64,000 nt of DNA. It comes from Setoptus koraiensis. Taxonomy: Eukaryota; Animalia; Arthropoda. The stretch spans positions 7,812,001-7,876,000 of the forward strand of contig CM106585.1 of assembly GCA_048013815.1 (NCBI GenBank), read 5' to 3'. Under the pieces are notes generated by a model. The model was not told the DNA's origin and ran no database searches. It worked only from the letters and a program-made list of their open reading frames with translations. Every line of letters starts with the position of its first letter. The first letter of the stretch is position 1. Made by a program: the position numbers and the translations under genes. Of the stretch, positions 21,946 to 34,200 are shown in pieces.

Positions 21946-24185
21946 TCACAAATTAAACAGTCGCTTGAACGACCCGAACAAATTCGAGAAGCCGTCGGTG
22001 AGATCGTCAACGAAATTGCCGTCCCGATGAGCGTTTGCCGTTGGCTGGGCTGCCACTCGTCGGTCGTGGGGCCGATAAACGTGATTGTTTGTCGATCTCG
22101 TCTGTATCATGACTCCCACGCCGCGCAGATCGTCCAGGCCGGAATCGGCGCCGTTGTTGTTGTAGCTGAAGGGCGCCTGATTGCTGTCCGGCCAACGATG
22201 GCCCACAATTGGCGGCATGTCCGGTGCTGAGTCGCGCTCTAAGTCGGATCTGTTGCCGTCGCGATTATTATTATTATTATTATTGTTGTTGTTGTTGTGA
22301 GTGTCCGCAAAATCATTTGTTGCGACGCTTTCCGCTGGCTGAATACGACGAAACGAGGCGCATCTGTAATGATTTGGATTAGTATTATGGCGAGTGATGC
22401 GCAATCTGTTTGCATGTATGGCCAACCTAATGAGATCATTGCCCAAAAAGAAATCAGTTGATACAATGTTGACGCAATGCCACCATCTATCACGAATCCA
22501 ATCGGTCACTGGCCTGTTGACCAATTGGGCCAATTGTCTGTTGCCGTTGTATTTGTCCGTGATTATTCCGAACACTGTCGCTGTCAGCTCGGCCATCATG
22601 CTGCGCAATTCGCCGAAGTACTTGCGACAAGTGGTCTCGTTCATGAATTGCGACAGGCCGGCCAGGGTGTCCTGAACGCGATATAAACAAACACGGAGCA
22701 GAGCCATCAAACGATTTATGGGAGCGATTGGGAGATGTTAGATCGGGTGTTTATCGTTGATTGTTTATGGCGTGCATTGGATCAATTCTGATCTTGTCAC
22801 CTTGAGCTTACCTTGTTGGGCCACAGATGCCACACTGGCGGAAAGAATAGAGTTCCTCCGTCGGCCGCCGACGAGTACTGATGCTGATTGGAGTGCGCCT
22901 CCAAACTGGCATCTGAGCCGGCATAGTTGCTCGGGTCGAAGGCGTTTTCGGGCGCCCCAGAGTCCAGGTCGCCGCCGGCCAGTCTCGTGGCCAGACGGCG
23001 CCCAATGGGAATGGTTTGTTTGGGGCTGGTGGCCAGTTGGTTGGCGGAAAATATGCTGTTCTTGTTGGCGTAACCAATGAGCACTCGCTTGCCGTCTTGA
23101 ACGAACTCGCTGATGGGCGCATGGTAGCCCAAATACGAGGGTATTATGTAATGGCCCAAGTGGCCAATTATCAATTGGGCCAGTTGTTCGTGGCGTTCCT
23201 TTTGGGTGGCCGAGTCCTGATTTTGGAAGCCCACCGTGAAACGATGAAAGTCCAACACAATAACCTCGTGCGTGGTCATGTCCAGGAATTGTTTCACCTG
23301 TTGGCATACCTCGTCCACGGACACGTCCGTGCGAAATATGTCGTGATAAATCCAGAATCTCTCGTCGCGCGACTTTATTTTGTCGCTGTAGCCAACGCGC
23401 AAATCTATGTGTCTGATGCCGTAAATCAATTGATTAAATATTGATTCATCCTGTGTTATTTTGTATTTGTTAATCAGTTGCAATTGGCTCTTATCAAAAA
23501 CACTCTGATACGTGCCCGAATTGTGTGTGCCTGGCAGCATGATAGTTGGCAGCGATCTACTGCCTATGAATTGATAAATGTCACTCATCCAATTAGCGTT
23601 GGTCTTGAAACAATTTCTCGCCACTATTCTGTCCCGGCTGAGATAGGCCAAACAATAGCCGAGACACTCGTCTTGCAACAACAATTTTCTATCCGCTCTG
23701 GCAACGGGCTGGCCGTTGTTGTTGTTGTTGTTATAATAAAATACATTATATTTGTCTTGATTGTTTAGTTGGTATCGTGTTTCTGACGCCATTTGTATTG
23801 TTTGTGACTCCGACAAACCGTTGCCGTTGTTTGGCCCAAACATGTCATTGTTGTTGATTGCGGACTGCTGCATCCTGTAACCTCGATCGTCTTGGTTGCT
23901 GTTGTTGTACAGTTGACTAAAGTCAATTTGGGGCAAATAATAGCCCGTTGCAACCATACCGTGCGCTTGATTATTAACTAGATGCTTAAACACAGGCAGT
24001 GATTCATCGTCAGGCTCGCTATCCACATACAAAGCAACGTAATCTTGCGGATCCTCCAACGGGGCGTTGATCCAGTTGAGTTCCACCTGTCTAACTAGAT
24101 AATTGTTGTGATTTGCTGGATCCTTGTTGGCCAGCGAGGAAATAGTGATCCAGACATGCAAATTTGGCACTGGCATTCGCGACAA
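21946..24185 (-). CDS. PLCXD: PI-PLC X-domain-containing protein (PLCXD-like); exons 24185-22812 and 22671-21946, 5' end uncertain
   Basis: Catalytic motifs LPGTHNSGTY, TQDESIFNQLIYGIRHIDLRVG, FWIYH and EVIVLDFHRF. A phase-0 GTAAGC...TTCAG intron (22811-22672) joins WPNK|DTLAGLSQFM. The C-terminal part has NIVSTDFFLGNDLIRLAIHAN. Confidence 0.9.
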
Positions 24186-25636
24186 TGACGCACAAGCATG
24201 TTATACACGTGATTATTGTTGTTGTTGTTGTTGTTGTTGATTTGTGTAAAAGTCAGTCAATCAGACAGACAGTTGATGTAATAATGGTAGTAACAGTTAT
24301 AAACTCACCTTCGTTGAGAACAAACGACGACAAACATAAACAAAAATATGGACAGTGTAATATGATGACTACGAGAAGAAAGTTGAGAGTTGTCAGTTGA
24401 TATTTCGTTGTTGCTCCCTCCATTGTGATCAGTGTGAAAAGTTGATCGATACTGCGGACTAGTGAAGCTAACTGGTGCTGTCATTAATCAACTAATGAGC
24501 ACCAATAACTAATATAATATAAATATACTAATAAATAAATACAATTAACTAAGTAAGTAACCAATATATACTAAATATAAATATAACTCTATGCTGGCTG
24601 GTGAAATTTGATACCAATGGTGGCTGGCGATGTTAGCCGGCCAGAATGCAATTATTGAGAATGCAATTGTAATTGTTGAAAATGGGATTCATTTATGCGA
24701 CGGTGTATCGAGTACGACTGGTTTGGGCGCTGGACGATTGGGTTGGCCGGCCAATAGTTGATGGTGCTGATAAGTGTCTGAATGAGACCAAGACGAATGA
24801 GACGATGTGAGTACTGTAATCAATCATGACGCTACTAGATATATAAAAATAAAAATACAACTGACGCCGCTGAAAAGGTAAAGGTGGCTGACAAAATGAT
24901 GGGCCGCTGAATCATTTTTGCAGATTGTCACAAAAAGCTACTGTAAATGTGAACTGTTTGTGACAACTTGGGCTAATGTGAACGCGACAACAGCGACATG
25001 ATGTAATAATAATAATAATAACAATAACAACAAAATGACAACAACAAAAACAGTTAAACGATGATTGAGATCATTTGTCGTGATGACGGAACGGTCAGTG
25101 GCGAACGGGGTGAGCTGGTCAATTGTCGGTGGTGCAAGGTGAGCGTTGGACGTGGAAGGACGAAGAAAAGAAGCAAAACATAAATAATAAAATATAATGA
25201 TGATGATGACTGCGATGACGATATTAAGTGGCTCACATGACAACCACAAAGGAACTAGGGCCCTTGAACTTGTGCCATGGCCCTGTTGTTTGGCATTGTT
25301 GTTGTTTGGCGCTCCATGGTCAGCTGACTGAATTTTACAACTGTTAGCAACTGTCAGTAAGTGTCAGTGTAACTGTTAGTAAAAGATGCAAACAACAAAC
25401 AACAACAACAACAACGGCAAACAACGGTTTTGGTGGTTGCCCCCAAGTTAGCGTGGCTTTGTGGAGAAGACCTAGCAGCCGTTGTGTGAGGGTGCATTGC
25501 TCCCTCGTGGAAGCCGCCCGCTAGCTCGGGCTCGCTTGTGCGGATGCAAAACTCTGAGGAGACGCTTCGGAGCGAGCCAATGAACTCCGACGCAAGTTGA
25601 ATAATCTCTGTGTGTCAACGGGTTGAACTAGCTACT

Positions 25637-25709
25637 GCAAACTGGCCGACGCAAACTGGCCGACGCAAACTGGCTAGACGCAAACTGGCTAGACACAAAC
25701 TGGCTAGAC
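25637..25709. repeat. 14-15-bp tandem repeat x5 (GCAAACTGGC[C/TA]GAC)
   Basis: Five consecutive units read directly from the sequence. Confidence 0.9.
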
Positions 25710-26213
25710 GCTCATGCGGATCACATGTGAGAGAGACACTTTGCGCCTAGTCGGAGTGAGCAAAGGGTGAAGCACAATCAGTGTGACAAAACTGGCCAAC
25801 TGCACACAACATTACGTAATACATAATATACAGTATACACAACATTTTGCATACGCAACATTGTGTGCAACATTACATAATAACGAGACGCTGCTGTTAC
25901 GTAATCCGGTGTTGCATACACGGCGTATTGTGTGGATCGGGTTTATTTACACACATACTGCACAATGGTATGTACAGTTGAAAATGGGCATCAAAAGGCG
26001 AGCCCAAGATTTATTTTGGCCACAGTGGCCCAGTCTCTGACTCAACTGGCGACAATCAGCCAACTGGCCGCGCCAGTTTAGCTGATAGTCGCATAAACGC
26101 GGCTAATTGAGCTGATTTTCGCATGGATTTTTCGCGGCATTATAAAAAATGGTACAATAATTGGGTCACAGTCATAAATATGTCATAAATATGTCACAAA
26201 TAAAGAGCAGCAA

Positions 26214-28064
26214 TTAGCTGGCTGCAAAACTCAAACGGTATATGTAGTCGTAAACGGGCGAGCTGAGATACAGACTATGCCGATTGGGCTGGCTTGAGTG
26301 GGTCACTTCGGTTATTTGGCTCAATAGTTTCATGTCGTGGGGAAAATCTCTGCCATGAATAGATCTGATAATTTTGCCGTTTCTGTTGTACTGCAATATC
26401 ATGACGCCCTCGCAAAAGTTGTCCATCAGCGACAGGCCCATCTTGAGCGAGTAACCATAGTCGCGAATATACTGCGACCTAAAGGGCACACTCTGGCCCA
26501 GTGTCTCCATCATCCAGCCAATAAAATATATTTGTTTCAATAGGAACATTCGCAATCTTGGCCAATCATTCAATGTGTCGTCGCTAATGAGACTCTCTAG
26601 GAATGTGTCCGTGGACCGGTCCTTGCCGCAACCGGCCACCCAATAGGTTTCTGTGTTGTGTTTGTTGCGGCCCCGTCTGATATTGTCCGGATGATTGGGC
26701 GTCCACGTCCACAGGTCCGACTGACCCTTGCGCGGGCCCCGGATAAAGTGCTTTATGATGCGCTTGTTGCTCGTGTCGGCGATCAGCAGCGCCTGCCTGT
26801 CGTCCATCAGCTCGATGCCGTTGGGAAAGAACAGGGGCCTGTCGTCGAAGATGTCGCTCGAGTCGAATCGCGGCGCCCCGTAGCCCATGCCCCCGAAATC
26901 GTAGTCGTACCCGGACCGCTCGGGCTCGCCGTCCCGACCATCCCGAGCGTCCCGACTATTGCCAGCACGCGCCACGGCACTGGAATCGGTGCCGCCGCGG
27001 GTACCGTTGTCGGCCAGCGATCTAAAGGTCAACGGCGCACTGTCGTGCAAGTGGACCGGCGACATGCGCACCCGCGACAGGTGGGCGTTGTCGAAGGCGC
27101 TCAACACATTGGAGCCAAGGTCGTAGCGCAACACCAGACCCGTCGGCCGGCCCTCCATAAAGTCAAACAAATAGTTGATGGCCAGCCACAACTGGCTGGC
27201 GTCCGTCATGTAGATCACATCGGCCCCGTTGGTGCCCGCGCCGTAATCAATTACCAGATCGTCTATGGCGGTCATGGCAACGGGCACTTCCGTTTTCACT
27301 CGGTCTATCTCGTTGTCCATGCGCTCCAACGGCACCCTGGTCTTTGTTTTGATGCTGAAATTGAGCAAAACTTTCGCCACTGACCACTTAACGTCGTTTT
27401 GCTGACCACCGGCGCTGTCCACGCGTCTATGCAAATTGTCGTGCGCCCGTTTCAGATCGATCTGATACAATCCTCTCAGTGTGTCAATGACATACAAATA
27501 ATCCTCGTTGCGGCTCAATCTGATACCGAGCGGCTTGGAGCAGCGCGAAACGGCCACGCGCGAATGGAAGGGCACGCGCTCGTCGGGATCGCCGCCAACA
27601 CTCAGTGGGGCCCCGTAGACGTTTTCGTCCAGACGACAGGCTCTCGCCGGCGCATTGTTGGAGTGCGACGAGCTCGGCTGGTTGAGTTCGGCCAGCAGCC
27701 AGAGTTTTGGTTTGGCGGCGGCGGCGGCCGATGTGACGCGATCCGAGAGCGACGATTCGTTCATTTGGGCGTACAAAATGAAGCCGCCCTCGATGGCCAT
27801 GTACAAGTTGCCCGACGAGTCCGCTTCGACCGATTCGGCGCCCCGAATTTGCCCGTTGAACAATTTGTCTATCTTGTATTGCTTGGCGCCCGTTGACAGC
27901 AGCGGCGCCCGGGAGAAATCGTAACGGACCTGGGGCAATCTTTTCGGTATTTGCGGTTGTATATCTATGAAGGGTAAACAATAAATGGCGGCCAAGTAGA
28001 CGAACAGGCAGCACAAGACGGCCACCACCGCTAGTGACTTTTTCGAATGGATCTTTAGGAACAT
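26214..28064 (-). CDS. Hemomucin / APMAP-like strictosidine-synthase-family beta-propeller, type II membrane protein
   Basis: The likely start MFLKIHSKKSLAVVAVLCCLFVYLAAIYCL (28064) is a signal anchor. Motifs GAESV, CSKPLGIR, IDDLVID, IYMTDAS, FFPNGIEL and PNHPDNIR. Confidence 0.9.
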   Translation of the reverse strand: MFLKIHSKKSLAVVAVLCCLFVYLAAIYCLPFIDIQPQIPKRLPQVRYDFSRAPLLSTGAKQYKIDKLFNGQIRGAESVEADSSGNLYMAIEGGFILYAQMNESSLSDRVTSAAAAAKPKLWLLAELNQPSSSHSNNAPARACRLDENVYGAPLSVGGDPDERVPFHSRVAVSRCSKPLGIRLSRNEDYLYVIDTLRGLYQIDLKRAHDNLHRRVDSAGGQQNDVKWSVAKVLLNFSIKTKTRVPLERMDNEIDRVKTEVPVAMTAIDDLVIDYGAGTNGADVIYMTDASQLWLAINYLFDFMEGRPTGLVLRYDLGSNVLSAFDNAHLSRVRMSPVHLHDSAPLTFRSLADNGTRGGTDSSAVARAGNSRDARDGRDGEPERSGYDYDFGGMGYGAPRFDSSDIFDDRPLFFPNGIELMDDRQALLIADTSNKRIIKHFIRGPRKGQSDLWTWTPNHPDNIRRGRNKHNTETYWVAGCGKDRSTDTFLESLISDDTLNDWPRLRMFLLKQIYFIGWMMETLGQSVPFRSQYIRDYGYSLKMGLSLMDNFCEGVMILQYNRNGKIIRSIHGRDFPHDMKLLSQITEVTHSSQPNRHSLYLSSPVYDYIYRLSFAAS

Positions 28065-31000
28065 CTTGTCGGGTGTTTGCTTCTGTTTTGGCTGTTTCAC
28101 TTGCTGCTGGTCAGCGTGTTTTCGGGGCACTAGATAAATGATAAATGATCTTTCAGTGATTAACCACTGCTCATTGAGGGCTGCACAATAGATGGACGGA
28201 TAATACGGACTGGGCCCCAAAAAAAGGCCACTGGTGCCCTATCGACGGGCACCGACAGGTATGTGTGCTGGTGTGTTTGTTTTCGATGTGAACACTATCG
28301 CACACTGGCTAGACACTGGCCGGTTTGCAATTGACACGAATCGAGGGCTTCGGACTTTGAGCGTCGAGCTTCGGGCGTCGAGATCAGTTTTTGTTTGTTG
28401 TCGTCGGGTGCAATGCTGCCAGTTTGCCAAGGTGCAACTTGCCAAAGTTGAAGGCACTTCCCCACGCGATGCTCTGGAAGGCACGCAAGCGAAGTTTGTG
28501 TCTGTCGTCTAAACATATTTTAAGTTGTGAGACGGAAAGGGAAGAGATACAAACAGCCAGTGAGTGAGAATAACAAGATTGTATGATAATGATCTCTCTA
28601 ATGGTGCACTGAGTGTGAGTGTGTGTGTGTGTAGACAAAAATCTGGATATAAATAGCTGAATATATTGCCATTCAAATCATAACACAATAAATAAATAAA
28701 TATTGGCCAAGGTTGATCAAGGTGAGCTCGCTAAGGTGAGACGCTGACAGACATCAAGGATGACAACAAGCTCACAACGCAGTACATACACAAAATTAAT
28801 TGCAACTTGTACAAGTCAGCTTGCCTTCTATACACACCAACAAGGTAGTAGGCACATTGGCAAGATAGCTTGAACGGCAAAAACGGTCTATTAAATGTTG
28901 TATGGGACACAGCTATTAGTTGTAAGTGTTAGTGACTACTTACGGCAACGATATTGGCGTCTTGTGCTGCTGCTCGGTTCCCTCTGTCAAAACGAGAGCG
29001 ATTCGATGGCTCGATCACTAGTTGTGTTGAACCAACAATCTATAATTAGACTACCAACAAAATGACAGCCAACTTTGCATTCAATATCTTGGCCCGTTTG
29101 TCTGTTGCAACTTGCAATAGATTGACGATTTATATCTCTGTGCTATAACTGACTGCTGATGAAATGTTGCCAATAATGATCTGACAGTTACAAGGTCAAT
29201 CTTGAAGGTGTTCGTGATATATGCTGATAATTTATCGATGCATCATTGCTCGCTTTGCATAACTGACAGCATCTTTTTTGATATTTTCGTTGACTCGCTG
29301 ACATCCGTTGACAGTCGGCCATCCGTTTGCAGTCATGAACAATTTTATTAACCAACTTTTACTCACTTTTTTCTGCTCAACGGTATTCTTGCAAGCACTA
29401 TCGCGTCGCAACTTTTTCAGAGTATTGATGATGTTCGGCTGGAATTCGACACAATGATGGCTTGTCGCCTTGTTTATACGCGCACTGGAAACCCTATTCA
29501 AAACTTGTGATTGCGTAAGAGATAAGTGTGAAATGTAACCGCGGTATGTTTTGCTTGCATGGCTGTATCCTGAATCTCGGTTCCAAAATGATCCTCTGGC
29601 GAGATGAAATGGCTGTAGTTGGGCATGAGCATAATAGCTAGAGCTAACACATATTCTAACGTGAAAGTCGGTAAGTGTTGTTCGATGAAAACAATCAGAG
29701 ATGCACCATTATGAGATGACTTGCACCAACTTGCGATATCTGTTTATTTATGCGTTGTCTAGGAACAATTTAAGCGGAGTAAATTATCATAATAGAGCCA
29801 TAAAATAATAGATCTTGTGCCATGGCGTTTGTGTATAAACTGTTTCTGATAATGGACTTGAATCATGATCACAGATGATGTATCTATCAGTTTTATTAGG
29901 TTGATGTTTAATTGTTAAACAACTTCTACATCGATGAGCCTCACTCATCAACACCAACAGCTAACACCATCTTGGCAGTTGATGATTATTAGTGGCAACA
30001 GTTGAAACGTTAACGCTGCTATTCGCTTAATGATTTTAGCCATTGTTGAGCCAGCTCCGTCCAACACGACGGCCACGGTCAAACAATGCTCAATGGATCA
30101 CACAATAAATACGCACAATTACCAACAATTGCAGAGAGAGCTTATCCATCTAAACATCCGAGAGTAGCTTTGTAATGGAAGATTGATGGCGCTCACAATC
30201 ACCTCGTGAATTGGGGTTAATAGCTATCATCAGACCAAGTCAAGATGGTCATCATTCCATCGTATATATGAGTATCATGTACGGTATTAATCGCTCAACA
30301 TTTTCTATTCAATCTGCACAAGAGCATTGTCTCAATTCAACATTACAACAGCTCGTATGAAATATGCATCATAAAGTAGTTGTAACCTCGGCTTATCATT
30401 GTATCACATGAACAATTCAGATATATTTCAAACTTTCTGAGCAGAGGTAATAAGGAGTCTCTCTTGATTGGCAGACAGTTGTTTCGAAACACAAGAGCTC
30501 TCTTCGAGCGAGTTGGAGTGTTTCTCGCAAATATCCTTGTCGAGATTCTAGCACCTTTAATACATCGCCTGCCATGTTTACTGTCGAACTGCAAATATGT
30601 CTGTAGTGTCTCATGATATATGAAGAAAGTTTGTCTGATAGAAAAGGCATTCTAAGTTGAGCGTCTGACTTGCCTCGCGGCTTTTCAATAGGAATGAATA
30701 TAAACAATAGCGTAAGCGTATCAACTGATCAATTGGTTGCAATTCTATATCAATATTCATCATCAGTTAAATAAATATCTAATGTCTCGCTTGAACTGTC
30801 ACTTCCTGCTGTGAAGCTATCATTCAGACAGGCCAGATAGTCACCAACCGCGTCGATGGTTACCATTATTTAGGCACCGATGTGACATATGATGTCATAA
30901 CGAGATCATGGAAATATAACAATGACATAATAATAGCAACAACAGCTGAAAACGACTAATCGTCGGAAAGAATGGTCCTCAAATACAGTAAGATGGGCCC

Positions 31001-31202
31001 TTTGACAGGTCGTGGTTGGGCCAAAAGTTGAGCGCGGCGCTTTAATTATTTTGAAAGAAGCGCTAATCTCTTGAACGCATGCGTTGAACCCGTGCAAACT
31101 TCAAGCCTCGTATATAAAATGACATTTGCTTTGTTTATTTTTGTTGTGTCACTTGAATATTATTATTATTATTGTTATTATTATTAATAAACATTATATC
31201 AA

Positions 31203-34200
31203 ATGGACCAACTTTATCACAGTTGCCTGGCCAAATGCCTGGCCTCAACTGGCTCCAATCAGGACCAACAAGGACGGAGTAAGTTGGACATTAGCACGGC
31301 CCAAGTTGACACCATCGATAGGCTTGGGCAGCAGCTTGTCGAAGCCGGCCTGTCACTGAATGATGACTTCTCTCCTGATTCATTATATTTGCGTTTAAGC
31401 GAAAGATTGAATTCTTCCCATGGTGTAAAATTATCCTCAAATCAGCTTCCATTAATACTGACCTGCCTAGAGGGTTTAGGGAGATTGTCTCAATTGGAAA
31501 ATAAATTAGCAGATGTATGTGTTAGCTCTTTGCGGGATTTCCTTTTGATGCCATCGCCCATAATGAGCAAATTGCATAGAATTTCCACCGAACAATATCA
31601 AGAGATACAAAATGCACCATCGGTCACCGCATCAAGCCACGATTCTGGAAATGTCTCCCTAACTCTATCTAGTATTGAGCCAAACGGAGATACCAATGTC
31701 GCTACTGCAAAAAATTCGGCAAAAGTTCGCAAATTGGCTGCCACATCATTTGAAAGTCTACGTATAGAGGCCACAAAAAATCTGGCTATCTGTCTAAGAG
31801 TGAGATCCAAAATGGATCAACATTGTATACAGGCTTTCATAGCTTCAGTGTCGAACAGACTCTATCAGGCAGAAAAGAGTCAATTTGAGTCAAGTCTCAT
31901 ATCAATCAATACAATTCTCACTCTTGGTAGCGTGGCCACAACACTCAGTGACGTTCCTAAGACAATGGAATCAATACTTCAATTCTTCCATCAGAGATTC
32001 TGTCGCCCTCCATCGTCTATTGACTCATTGATTGTTGAACAATTAGGCCGCATGATGTTGGTTCCCTCCAAGGATCATGCAATATTTGATGAGATAATGA
32101 AAATGTTTGCTACAATTACAATCCAATCTAGTTCAGCCTATGGTATGGGCACAAAATCCGACGAACCTCATCAAGGATATCGTCACGTCTCTCTAGCAGT
32201 GATCAATGCTCTATCATTGGTAGCTGCAAATCTCAACGACGAGACTGTGCAGCAAGAATTCCTTGTAAAATTGTTGGAACTATTCGTTCAACTTGGTTTG
32301 GAAGGAAAAAAGGCTAGCGAGAAGACCTCAGTTCCAATAAGAGCATCAAGTAGCGCTGGAAGTTTGGGCATATTGATACCTGTGATAGCCAAATTAGTCA
32401 GGCGTATTCCAAATATTACAGATCCAAAGCCACGTTTGCACAAACTATTCAGAGACTTTTGGCTCTATTGTGTAGTGATGGGATTCACTTGTGAAACCAG
32501 TCTATGGCCAAAAGAATGGCTCGAAGGTGTGAAAGAAATAGCCTCCAAATCACCATTGTTAAATTCAAGAGAGCATCTTAGATCAGAATTACAGTACAAC
32601 ACCGCGATAAGGAATGATGCAGCATCCACTGATGAGCTTCAAGAAGTTCGTAATCAAATACTCAATGACTTAGACAATCATCCCGATGTAACTGCAATGA
32701 TAAGTAAACTTAGCTTTTCACAATGCACTTATCTGATGTCTGTATATAGAATGGAATCATTTAGGATAGAAAATCAATCAAAGTCAGACTTTTCTTTTCA
32801 AGCAATGTTGCAATACCTAGAGGATCCCACAATACAAAAGGATAAAGACGGTATTAGGCAATGTATTTTTTGTATTGCTGACAAAATATTTAGAGTCTAT
32901 CTAGATGTTATATCGAGAAAGGCACGAAACAAGAAGAGAGATATTGAACTTGAAGAACTGGCCATTTTATTGCTAGTGAAATTTAATCATCCACAAAAAC
33001 AAATCCGTCGACTTGCCGACAAATATCTTAGTGGTCTTGTAGACAAATTTCCGCACATGCTGTGGAGTGGAAGAGTTATAGTCACCATGTTAGACATTTT
33101 GAAAGTACTTGGCAAATCGATGCAACTTGGTGCTAACGAGTCTAGTCCCGAACTGCCTATTCCAAATACAAACTACACTATTCAATTGACTGACACAGCC
33201 GAGGCCAGAGAAAGCATAGTAAGAGATTTTGCTGCCCATTGTCAAAGGATCATACAAGAGGCTGTTAAATGGGCTCCAAAAACAACAAAGACTCATCTGA
33301 TAGAATATATCACAGATTCAGAGCGTATACAACTCAATCAAGGTCAGCATCCAGGACTGGCTCTGGCCATAGAGAGTATTAATCATCATCCTAACACCAA
33401 CAATTTGTCTCCGACCTCTACACTCACCGATAAATGGCCCAATTGCATGAAGAGTGACTGCTCGGAATTCGTTACATCTGTCAGTGTCAGGAGTAGATAC
33501 AAGGGACTTGTATGTGGCATGATTGCTCTGTTGAAGAAACAAGACTCCGATGGAGATCAAGATGTTTATAGTCAATTAGGTACTTTATTTATTAACCAAT
33601 TAGCGGAAAGTTGTAAAAATCTCGATATTGAAATCCATAGAGACGCAATCTGTAAAGTTACAGCTTTGCTCATAGCATCCTCGGGATGTAACCAGAAACT
33701 ATTGCACGCACTTTGTTGGGCACCGTTGGACTACTTCACCTCCAGATCCATGCAAATCATAGTGTCTTGTTGGGATTGGTTATTGGCAGCAAGAAACGAT
33801 TTAGAGCTCGAGTTTGTTCAAGAGATGGTTTCTGCTTGGAATGGGACAATCGATAGAAAGCTAGGAATGTTCGCTAAGGAACCTGTCATGGGGGATCCTC
33901 TCGCCACTTCGGATGGCCAACGATTGAAACCAGACCAGCCCCCAATTGGAGCGCATCATATATGGCTAAAGTTTGCAAGCGAGCGAATTGAGACAGCAAA
34001 ATACAGTAATATAGATCTTATCGATATTTTTGTTGATATGCTCCACAGATCTTTGCCTATGGAGGTAGGAAATCTGAAAGCCGCGTCTCGTCACATGGTA
34101 ACTATAGGATCTCGATTTAGACTACTGCAGTGCAGTTTATCCTTAATTCAAGGTGACGCTCTCCCAAAGTCTGTGAGTAAGACAGTGCTACGCGAACGCA

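Noticed and set aside
24938-25249. Hydrophobic ORF as PLCXD exon 1
   Set aside because: Plausible, but much of the hydrophobicity comes from (ATT/GTT)n microsatellites and no convincing donor was found.
29232-31097. ORFs 29232-29501, 30343-30594, 30417-30707 and 30906-31097, and possible PI4KA upstream exons
   Set aside because: No recognisable motifs, and none matched the PI4KA N-terminus.
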